NCBI GenBank assembly: GCA_028714455.1
Contig: JAQTMG010000003.1
Coordinates: 39,834 to 103,833 of the forward strand
From: Patescibacteria group bacterium
Lineage (GTDB): Bacteria; Patescibacteriota; Patescibacteriia; CAIXNZ01
Reading direction: 5' to 3'
DNA length: 64,000 nucleotides
This document shows positions 48,452-57,098 of the stretch, piece by piece; positions within the stretch are counted from its first letter, which is position 1; every line of letters begins with the position of its first letter. The position numbers and the translations under genes are program-made. The notes under the pieces are model-generated. The model was not told where the DNA came from and did no database searches. It saw only the letters and a list, made by a program, of their open reading frames with translations.

Positions 48452-49630
48452 TTAACTCTTGAGCAAATCTTCATAAATACCAACCAGCCTCCTAATCAAA
48501 TATTCCTGGCCAAAATATTTTTCAGCCTTTTGCCTACCCTGCTGGCCCATTTTTTCCCGAAGCTGATCGTCTGACAATAATTTGCTGACTCGGTTCGCCA
48601 AATCACCTTCATTTTTAACCTCAAAAAGAAAACCGTCAACCCCATCGCTAATCACACTGCGCACACCAGGCAAGTTTGAAGCGACTACCGGCTTGCCGCA
48701 GGCCATAGCTTCAATCAGGGTAATGCCAAACGCTTCGGATCTGTCAACCGAGGGCAGGACAACCAGATCGGCGAGGTTATAATAGTCGGCGATTTTTTCG
48801 TCCGTGACTGGATCAGCGAAAATTATTTTCCCGGCCAGACCCGCCTTGGACACTTCGTCTTTATATTTATTTTTTAGATTCCCCTCACCGACAATCAATA
48901 GCTTAACGTGATAATTAGAATCCTGACCGCCCGAATAATCGAGAACGTTGAAAGAATCAATCAAAAATTTAATGCCCTTGAAATAATGGGCCTTATCCAG
49001 CGCGCCGACAAATAGCATGACTCTATCAATTTCTGAATTTATTCCATATTTATAGAGCAGCTCCTTATTTTTCTTGGAGGGAAAAAACTTTTCCAAGTCA
49101 ACGCTCGGCGGCAATTCCAAAAATTTTTCCGGAGTTTTGGCCACCAGGGCGTTAATATTCGAGGTCTGCGCGTAGTCAAGCGAGGTGACAATAACTTTAT
49201 CAGCGGAATTTATTATGCGAGGCATGATGAACTTGGTATGAAAACTAAAAAATGGTTTCATAAAAATTCCGCCCACCACATCCATATGATAAGTGATCAC
49301 CAGATTTATTTTGCTCTCGTTTAATAGCTTAGCCAGCCAAACCACTTCAGCGCCGCCAAAAAAGGGATAATGCAAGTGCACAATATCAAAATCTTTTAAG
49401 GACCAGAGCAATTGCGGCAAAAAAGCGCCGTTGCCGAGCCGGCCAAAAGTCGAGAGCCGCTTAATCTCAAACTCATCGCTCTTATAATTTTTATCATCTA
49501 CGTTATAAAGCGGCGTAAAAACCGTGACTTGGTGCCCCAATTTGGCCAAACCTAATGATTCCTCGGCGGCCATATTACTGATACCGCCTTTGTAGGGCTT
49601 AAACCGACAAACTATTTGAGCTATTTTCAT
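48452..49630 (-). CDS. Glycosyltransferase family 4
   Basis: HLHYPF, YFKG, SEAFGITLIEAMACGKPVV. Confidence 0.9.
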   Translation of the reverse strand: MKIAQIVCRFKPYKGGISNMAAEESLGLAKLGHQVTVFTPLYNVDDKNYKSDEFEIKRLSTFGRLGNGAFLPQLLWSLKDFDIVHLHYPFFGGAEVVWLAKLLNESKINLVITYHMDVVGGIFMKPFFSFHTKFIMPRIINSADKVIVTSLDYAQTSNINALVAKTPEKFLELPPSVDLEKFFPSKKNKELLYKYGINSEIDRVMLFVGALDKAHYFKGIKFLIDSFNVLDYSGGQDSNYHVKLLIVGEGNLKNKYKDEVSKAGLAGKIIFADPVTDEKIADYYNLADLVVLPSVDRSEAFGITLIEAMACGKPVVASNLPGVRSVISDGVDGFLFEVKNEGDLANRVSKLLSDDQLREKMGQQGRQKAEKYFGQEYLIRRLVGIYEDLLKS

Positions 49631-49716
49631 AATAATACTAATTTACTAATTCATGTTAATTATATGGATATTCACCGATCGGTATTATTCGTAATTATCC
49701 GTTTATTAGTATCCAA

Positions 49717-50760
49717 CTACCAAACTATCAAGTGTTTTATTATTTGCCAATATAAATTAAAAACCGGATTGGCGATTTTCTTTATAAAAAAATTATCAAT
49801 TTCCTGAAATTCAATTCTGCCGGTAAAAAATTTTATAACCTCTTTATCCCCTGTTACTCTTTTTGCCCGTTTCTCCCTTCTTTCTCTTCTGATTTTCTTC
49901 CACGTCTTCGGCTTTAAAAAATATCCGCAAACTTTTAACTTCTCTAACCAAAAACCAGACTTGATTGAAAAAATGAATAAACCGATTTCCATCAAGAGCC
50001 AAGTCGGAAAAATTAAAATCAAAGTGCCCAGTTTATAATTTTCCAAAAGGCAGATCAAACGGTTTCTTTCCATGAAATAATATTTTTTGATGCTCTTGGA
50101 AAATTGATATTTATGATAAACAACTGCCTCTGGCACAAGTAAAATATCGTAGCCGGCCAGCCTCGCGCGCCAACCCAAGTCAAGATCCTCGTGGTACATG
50201 AAAAAATCCGGGTCGAAAAGACCAATCTTTTTTAAAACCTCGGTCTTGATTAAAACCGCGGCGCCGCTGGCGTAAGCGATTTCCCTGGGCGTCAAATTCC
50301 CGCTAAACTTCTGGTAACCGCCGCTGGAAAAACCAAAGCCCAAAAAATGAATTGAATTGCCCAGCGAATTAACCTTATCTTTTTCCGGCCAGAGCATCAA
50401 TCGCGGTTGTACCGCCGCGACTCTCTCGTCTCTCAAAACCGAAATTAATTTATTGAGAGAATCGGGCTCTGAAACCGTATCCTGATTGATGAGATAAACA
50501 AAATCAAAGCTCTCGGCCACGGCTTTTTCCAGGGCCAGATTATTACCAGCCGCAAAACCCAAATTTTCTTTGTTGATTATCAAATCGACAGCCGGATAAT
50601 TATGCTTGACAAATTCAAGCGAGTCATCGGTTGAGGCGTTATCAACTAAAAATATTTTTAAATCCTCTTTCGGGTAATCCAAATTCAAGAGTGACTTCAG
50701 GCAATCGTCAAGATATTCCCTGCCGTTGAAATTAACGATTATTACCGCGACTTTATCCAT
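49717..50760 (-). CDS. Glycosyltransferase family 2 (rhamnosyltransferase-like)
   Basis: VDNASTD, NLGFAAGNN, NQD, FFMYHEDLD. Confidence 0.88.
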   Translation of the reverse strand: MDKVAVIIVNFNGREYLDDCLKSLLNLDYPKEDLKIFLVDNASTDDSLEFVKHNYPAVDLIINKENLGFAAGNNLALEKAVAESFDFVYLINQDTVSEPDSLNKLISVLRDERVAAVQPRLMLWPEKDKVNSLGNSIHFLGFGFSSGGYQKFSGNLTPREIAYASGAAVLIKTEVLKKIGLFDPDFFMYHEDLDLGWRARLAGYDILLVPEAVVYHKYQFSKSIKKYYFMERNRLICLLENYKLGTLILIFPTWLLMEIGLFIFSIKSGFWLEKLKVCGYFLKPKTWKKIRRERREKRAKRVTGDKEVIKFFTGRIEFQEIDNFFIKKIANPVFNLYWQIIKHLIVW

Positions 50761-50817
50761 ATAGTTTTAAAAAGGTAGAGACGGCTCTACCCTTTTATTT
50801 ATAATATTTTTCAGGTG

Positions 50818-51846
50818 TTAGCCTTTTATTTCCGTGTGATTCCAGTCAACCAAAACTTTATGCGCCTTGGCGAATTCAATCGTCTCGGCCAGACCCTGGT
50901 CAAGAGTCACGACCGGGAACCATTCCAGCTTATCTTTGGCCAGACTGATATTCGGTATGCTCAAGCGAGACATGAAAAGCAGCGGATCTGAATATTGTAT
51001 TTCTGATTTTGAGCCGGTCATTTTTATAATCATTTTAGCCACGTCTGAAACTTTATATTCCTGTGAGGCGCCTACGTTAAACGGGCCTGCCTCGCTTGAG
51101 GCCATCATTTTCAGCGCCGCGTCAATCGCGTCTGAAACATAGCAAAGCGTCATGGTAAATTTTGTGTCTCCGTAAATCTTAAGCGGCTGATTATCCAAAG
51201 CCGCCACGATAAAATCCGGAATCATATGACCGACAAACAGGGGCATGCGCGGCCCATAAGTCGTAAAGATTCTTAAAATTTTCGCGTCAAGGCCGTAAAA
51301 TTGTTTGTAAGTGTAGACTAATGTTTCGGCAAACCTCTTGCCTTCGTCATAACAGGCGCGGGGTGTCAAGGGACTGGTGGCGTGATAACTTTCTTCAGCA
51401 ACAATCGGCTTTTTCTCGTCGCGCGGTCCATAAACAACGGAAGAAGAAAAATGCAAAAATTTGGCCTTGTATTTGATGGCCAGCTCAAGGCCTCTGATAG
51501 TGCCCAGGCTGTTGGTCTTGGCGCTCTCAACGATTGTCTCGGAAAAATTTTTGGGGCTGGTCGGGCAGGCCAGATTATAAATCTCCTGAATGCCCTGAAA
51601 TTTCACCTTGAATCTTTCTAGCTCTTTATATTTTTCCAAATCAATAAGATTGTTGACATCATCGTTAATAAAAATAAAATTTTCCTGCGACATTAGATTT
51701 TCAATGTTCTCGCGTTTGCCAGAAATAAAATTATCAACGCAAATCACATTATTATCGGCAACTAACTTATCGCAAAGATGAGAGCCTAAAAATCCGGCTC
51801 CTCCCAAAACCAGAATGTTTTTCTTGGCAAAAACTCCGTTTGGCAT
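50818..51846 (-). CDS. NAD-dependent epimerase/dehydratase (UDP-glucuronate decarboxylase-like)
   Basis: GGAGFLGSHLC, YNLACPTSP, RACYDEGKRFAE, TYGPRM. Confidence 0.82.
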   Translation of the reverse strand: MPNGVFAKKNILVLGGAGFLGSHLCDKLVADNNVICVDNFISGKRENIENLMSQENFIFINDDVNNLIDLEKYKELERFKVKFQGIQEIYNLACPTSPKNFSETIVESAKTNSLGTIRGLELAIKYKAKFLHFSSSVVYGPRDEKKPIVAEESYHATSPLTPRACYDEGKRFAETLVYTYKQFYGLDAKILRIFTTYGPRMPLFVGHMIPDFIVAALDNQPLKIYGDTKFTMTLCYVSDAIDAALKMMASSEAGPFNVGASQEYKVSDVAKMIIKMTGSKSEIQYSDPLLFMSRLSIPNISLAKDKLEWFPVVTLDQGLAETIEFAKAHKVLVDWNHTEIKG

Positions 51847-51970
51847 ATTGTTGTAATTCTTAATTAATAATTACTAATTTTAATAATTTTAAATTAGTCA
51901 TTAAATAAAAATTTAAAATTAATCATTGATGTATATATATTTTATCAAAAATAACGGAATAGATAAAGGG

Positions 51971-52396
51971 TTAATTTTTGGCTAACTTTAAATCTTTTTT
52001 GAACGTCCAATATTTATTGGCGAAAAAATTCCAAAATAAACCCAGGGCGATGGCCACAAGCTTGGCCAGAAGGTCAAAAACGTTCAGATATTTTACGCTA
52101 AAATAAAAGATGGCGTTGTACAAAATAAAGTAAAAAATCGCTATCAAAAAAAATTTCAGATACTGGCTGGCCAGCTTATTTTCAAAATTGCCAAACGTCC
52201 AGTACTTATTCGCGAAAAAACTGAAAGTCATGGCCACCAGCACCGAGACGATGTTGGCGTAAAGAAAATACAAACCCAGCGCTCGGCTAAAAAATAAATA
52301 GACACCATAATCGATAATGGTGTTAAGGATTCCGACCAGGCAAAATTTTAAAAACTGCCTGACGATTTCTTTTTTTGTATATTTTTCAATCATCAA
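51971..52396 (-). CDS. GtrA family flippase-like protein
   Basis: QFLKFCLVG...N...NKYWTF twice. Confidence 0.88.
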   Translation of the reverse strand: MMIEKYTKKEIVRQFLKFCLVGILNTIIDYGVYLFFSRALGLYFLYANIVSVLVAMTFSFFANKYWTFGNFENKLASQYLKFFLIAIFYFILYNAIFYFSVKYLNVFDLLAKLVAIALGLFWNFFANKYWTFKKDLKLAKN

Positions 52397-53982
52397 TTTA
52401 AATTGGCTGCTGAAAAAAGACCCTTATCGGCGTCAATCGAGGTTGCGCCGGCGATTTCAGCGGCCAGATCATAAGCCGCCGAGCTGTCAATCGGAGCGCC
52501 GCTTTGATAATTGGCGAAAAATGAATCCGGCACGTCCTTAACTTTATTTTGCCAAGCAGATCCGAAAATCGAGAGTGCCAGGTCCTCTGATTTAACCCAG
52601 CGCAAAACCCCGCCGCGAGAAACCGCATAGACTTTGGGATCGGTGGCGATTTTCACCAAACTGCCTGGCTTGAGATTCACCACGCCGCCAAATGGAATCT
52701 CCGCCAAACTCGCGTCAGATATTTTTTGCACGCCGCTAAAATCAAGATACCAGCTTAGATAGGTCTGTTTATCTGGAAAGGCGTAGCGCTTGCCGTCAGC
52801 GCCATGATAATAAACCGTATCTTGAGACCCTTTGATGAGCGGATTGGCTACCGGCACGACGTTCAGAGCTTGAAAAATTTTAACCGGATTAATCAGCCCG
52901 TGACCCATTTCACCGGCAAATTGCGGACTGTTCGCGTCCAGGTTATCGGCATTATTTAAAATCAAGTCCATTATTTCCTGGCCGTTTAAACTCGGCTTAA
53001 ACGATTTAATAAGCGCCGCGAGTCCCGAGACGACCGGTGCCGCTAGCGAAGTGCCTGAATATCCCCCGCCGAAATAAGCGCTAAACGAGGCGTTGTTCGC
53101 GTCAAATAAAAGCGTGCCCCAAAAATCCTCGCCTGGCGCTATCACGTCAATGCAACTTGAACCAAAATTGGAAAAATTGGCGAGCCGGTCGTTTTTATCG
53201 CTGGCGCCCACGCCGAGCACGATGTTCTCGCCGTTAGTCCCCTGGAAACAGACCGGATACATTTTGATAGAATCCAGATTGATTGAATGGCCGAAAGAAC
53301 TTTCATTACCGGCGGCCGCTATAACCAGAATGTTATTTATATAAGCCCTCTCCACGGCTTTTTCCAGCGAAGCGTCGTAAGTGTCGCCGACAAAACTTAG
53401 ATTTATAATACTCGCCCCGTTATCAATGGCGTAATTGACGGCTCTGACCACGTCCGAAGTATCGCCCGCGCCGTTTTCATTCAAGACGCGCAGCGGCATA
53501 ATTTTTACGGTCCAGGCCAGGCCGACCGTCCCAAAACCATTATTGCCGACGGCGCCGATTACTCCGGCAATCAGAGTGCCGTGCAAGATCGCCTCCTTGG
53601 TACAGGTGGAAGCGGCCAGACAGTTCTCGCCAAATTTCGGCGTCGGATTATTATTATTTTCAATAAAATCCCAACCGTTGAGATCGTCAATATAGCCATT
53701 ATGATCATTGTCAATTCCGTCATTGGCAATTTCCTTTTGATTTACCCATATATTGTCATGCAAATCGGGGTGTGAAATGTCCACGCCAGAGTCAATCACG
53801 GCCACGATAACACTGCCGCTGCCCGTTTCCTGACCCCAGACTTTTGGCATCTGTAAATCGCTTAAATACCACTGTTTGGAATAATCGGAATCGTTTGGCA
53901 CCAATTCCGCGGCCAAACAAAAATTGCCCAAAGAAAACAGGGTCATAAAAATAATTAACTTTAAAATATTTTTATTTTTCAT
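52393..53982 (-). CDS. Secreted subtilisin-like S8 protease with C-terminal CPR surface domain
   Basis: Signal peptide; VIDSG, HGTLIAG, GTSLAAP triad; C-terminal LIKG...DGKRYAFP...DPKVYAV. Confidence 0.88.
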   Translation of the reverse strand: MKNKNILKLIIFMTLFSLGNFCLAAELVPNDSDYSKQWYLSDLQMPKVWGQETGSGSVIVAVIDSGVDISHPDLHDNIWVNQKEIANDGIDNDHNGYIDDLNGWDFIENNNNPTPKFGENCLAASTCTKEAILHGTLIAGVIGAVGNNGFGTVGLAWTVKIMPLRVLNENGAGDTSDVVRAVNYAIDNGASIINLSFVGDTYDASLEKAVERAYINNILVIAAAGNESSFGHSINLDSIKMYPVCFQGTNGENIVLGVGASDKNDRLANFSNFGSSCIDVIAPGEDFWGTLLFDANNASFSAYFGGGYSGTSLAAPVVSGLAALIKSFKPSLNGQEIMDLILNNADNLDANSPQFAGEMGHGLINPVKIFQALNVVPVANPLIKGSQDTVYYHGADGKRYAFPDKQTYLSWYLDFSGVQKISDASLAEIPFGGVVNLKPGSLVKIATDPKVYAVSRGGVLRWVKSEDLALSIFGSAWQNKVKDVPDSFFANYQSGAPIDSSAAYDLAAEIAGATSIDADKGLFSAANLN

Positions 53983-54564
53983 TTAATATTCAATGAAATC
54001 TGTTTTAAAAATTGATTGATCACCGATTTCATAATTTCGCCAGGAAGAATAGGGATATTTTGAAATATCTTCAACTAAGCGAGCAGAAATCGGATTGTTG
54101 TGGATATAATTTAATTTTTCGTTAAATTTCTTGCCAGAATAGATATTAAAGTCGTAAAAACTGGGCTGCCAGATTCTCCTCATCCTCCGGGTAGCCAAGG
54201 CCCCTGCGCCTTGGCTTTTTAAGGGCAAGGCGTATGAGCCTTGCCTACCTATAAAAGAGATGGGTGGGTCTTGCCGACCCGACATGGAATCAAATAAATA
54301 TTCATTAATCAACCTGGAACTATATCCTTTCACCCCGTGCATTATTCTGGAAATGGTTAATTTCGGATTTTCAAAATAAACCAACAAATGGACATGGTCA
54401 GGCATAATACAATACCCATATATCTTCAAATTAAATTTTTTCCGATAATAATCGAGGTTATCTAAAAACAACCGACAGCATTTATCATCTGTAAAAAATT
54501 TTTGTCTGCCGTGTGTATTGGCCGTTACAAAATGGATATGACCCAAATCATTAAATCTGTGCAT
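53983..54564 (-). mobile_element. REP-associated tyrosine transposase (RAYT/Y1)
   Basis: HFVT, GYCIMPDHVHLL, WQPSFYD, YIHNNP, YPYSS; internal REP pair. Confidence 0.85.
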
Positions 54565-54575
54565 CTAATTTCCGT

Positions 54576-56273
54576 CTACGTGTGCGGCACAATTACAATC
54601 TTATCCTCGCTAATCGAAGTCGCGTTCGCCGTTGCTGTCAGCGGACTGAAATCTCCCACTAACGCGATGTCCGCGCCAACATTATAGTTCACGAAAAACG
54701 CGTCGGCCACGTCTTGGACTAAAGTGGCCCAATTATCGCCATAAAGAGCTTTGGCCAGCGCTTCGGTTTTTATCCAGCGCAAAGTACCGTGGGCATCAAC
54801 CGCGTACACTTTCGGATCAGTTGTGATTTTTATCAATTTTACACCCGGCTTATACGTCACATTGCCGCCGATGGAGATGGCCGCGAGTTGCGCGTCGGTA
54901 ATCGTCTTGACTGTTGAAAAATCCGGATACCAGGTCAAATACGTATTGAGCGTGGGAAAAACATAGCGCTTGCCGTCAGTGGCATAATAATAAACAGCCG
55001 GACCCGATGCCTTAATCAAATCGCCGTAAGAAATATTGGCCCCGACCAGTCCGGGCGCGTTAATCGTAATTGAGAGAGTGCCGATAACCTGATTATCCAC
55101 TTTAACTGATACTGTCTTAACGCCCAAAGAGGTGGATCTTGCTTCAAAAATTATTTTGCCGTTCACGTCTGAATTATTATTAGGAATAGTGATGATAACT
55201 CCCGAACTGGCGTCGACCACGATTTGTTTATTGGGAAGTGGCTGCCCCATGGAATCCTTAATGGTCACGGTAATGGTTGATTTATCTAAGCCATCATTGG
55301 CCAAAACGATTTTATCGGCCGCGACCGAGGAATTGGAGACCGAGAATGTCTGCGCGTGCGCGCTGACTGTAATCGAGCCTGTCTGCGTAAAATTTCCCCA
55401 GCCATCATGGGCCTGCAAACTGATGGTGTGCGTGCCGTCGCTGATGTTTTCCCAGTCGTAACGCCAGGTGTAAAAATTAACATCCATTTCCTGCACTGGA
55501 TATTCCTGACCGTCAATAAAGATATTGAAATCGCGGATATAACTGCCGCCCTCGTCTCTGGCCATGCCCTGGATCATTAAGCTGTTGGTGTTTAAAATCT
55601 GGCCGTCAAATAAATTGGTAATAACCAGTTTGGGTCCGAACATATCAATGGAATAGGTGCTGACTACCTGGCTGTTCGCGTTTGTCACATTGTCATCGGT
55701 CGGTCCGTTATTTTTGGCAGCCGTGAAAACGCCGAAATCGCCCACGTCAAAAAGGCCATTGGCATTATTGTCCGTAAGAATCGGAATCTGCATCAAAATC
55801 GTGGCCGTACTCGTGTAGTCGGAGAATGTTTCTACGGAGACAAAAAATCTTTTGCCAATGCTTGCGCTTTCATTCAAATTTTGAATATACCAAGATTCAT
55901 AAGTCGTGGTGTAATTAAAATTGCCGATTACCCGGTCAACACCCATGCCTTGAAATCCGGCTGGCCCGTCATCGGCCCAGAGCGTCATGTATTTTATATG
56001 GCTTAAATAATTGGCCGTGCCCAGATTTTTCAAGCCGAGAGCGTTAAGCGTGTCTGTGCCGCTGATATTAAGCGTGAAATCCATAATCAGGCCGTCAAAA
56101 GTCGCTCGATAAAAAGTCGCGTAAGGCGCCTGCAGGTTAATAACTGAACTGGTGGTAAAGGCCAGAGATGGCTGCGCGCCCAAAATCGTCAGCGCCAAAA
56201 TCGCGATGATGATAAAAATTTTTCTTCCGCCAAAGGCAGACCCGCCTCTGACGGGCATAATGTTTTTTTGCAT
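54576..56273 (-). CDS. Secreted Ig-like (Big) domain protein with C-terminal CPR surface domain
   Basis: Signal peptide; DGTHTISLQAHD; ANDG...ITVTIKD..GQP; GDLIKAS...DGKRYVFP. Confidence 0.75.
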   Translation of the reverse strand: MQKNIMPVRGGSAFGGRKIFIIIAILALTILGAQPSLAFTTSSVINLQAPYATFYRATFDGLIMDFTLNISGTDTLNALGLKNLGTANYLSHIKYMTLWADDGPAGFQGMGVDRVIGNFNYTTTYESWYIQNLNESASIGKRFFVSVETFSDYTSTATILMQIPILTDNNANGLFDVGDFGVFTAAKNNGPTDDNVTNANSQVVSTYSIDMFGPKLVITNLFDGQILNTNSLMIQGMARDEGGSYIRDFNIFIDGQEYPVQEMDVNFYTWRYDWENISDGTHTISLQAHDGWGNFTQTGSITVSAHAQTFSVSNSSVAADKIVLANDGLDKSTITVTIKDSMGQPLPNKQIVVDASSGVIITIPNNNSDVNGKIIFEARSTSLGVKTVSVKVDNQVIGTLSITINAPGLVGANISYGDLIKASGPAVYYYATDGKRYVFPTLNTYLTWYPDFSTVKTITDAQLAAISIGGNVTYKPGVKLIKITTDPKVYAVDAHGTLRWIKTEALAKALYGDNWATLVQDVADAFFVNYNVGADIALVGDFSPLTATANATSISEDKIVIVPHT

Positions 56274-56299
56274 ATTTTTTAAAATTATAATTTTAATAA

Positions 56300-56878
56300 T
56301 TAATTTAAAATGTTAAATTCAACCGCCTCTTTGGGATTATCACGATCAAATTCCCAATTTACCGGATTATTGGCAATATATCCTTTTATCCGCGCGTAAT
56401 CTTCATCGTTTTTGATAATGTGTTCGTAATAATTATCTTGCCATTTGAAATCAAGGTTATTTTCATGGCATTTGCGCGTAACGGCACCTTTAAATGTATT
56501 AACGACAGACGATAATGATTTTGGTTTGACGTGGCCAAATTTATTCCGTGTAGAGACAGGGTATACCCTGTCTCTACAATTTTTTGCAAAATCATTTTCG
56601 TCGCATTCAATTTCAATTATCCCATGAACATGATTTGGCATGATTATCCAATCGTCCAATCTTATATTATTAAAATGCTTTGGTATCTCCAACCAACAAT
56701 CAAAAACGACTTTCCCAACCTCCGATAAATAAACATTATTATCCTTAATTTCACCCAAATCGTATATTCTGTCTTTGGTGCAAATTGTCACGAAATAAAA
56801 ACCTCCTTTGGCATAATCCCATTCCATCAAACGCATACTCGCCACGCGATATTTATTTTTAAAATATTCGTCCCCCAT
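56300..56878 (-). mobile_element. REP-associated tyrosine transposase (RAYT/Y1)
   Basis: YFVTICT, WIIMPNHVHGII, WQDNYYEHII, YIANNP; internal 30-bp REP palindrome. Confidence 0.88.
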
Positions 56879-57035
56879 TTTTTATTTTTATTTTCCTACC
56901 TCTATTTTACACCAAAAACCCAATATTAACCAAACACAACCCCCGCGTTCTCCCCTCCTTTTCAAGGAGGGGTTCGGCCTGCCTGCCAAAGCTTCAGCGC
57001 AGGCGGGGCAGGTGGGGTAAAAAATTTCCCCAATC

Positions 57036-57065
57036 AAAACAGCCCCGCGAGCGCGGGGCTGTTTT
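57036..57065 (-). terminator. Terminator of the S-layer-like gene (possibly bidirectional)
   Basis: AAAACAGCCCCGCG/CGCGGGGCTGTTTT. Confidence 0.8.
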
Positions 57066-57098
57066 TTCTATATCAACGAATCAACAAATTTAGATCAA

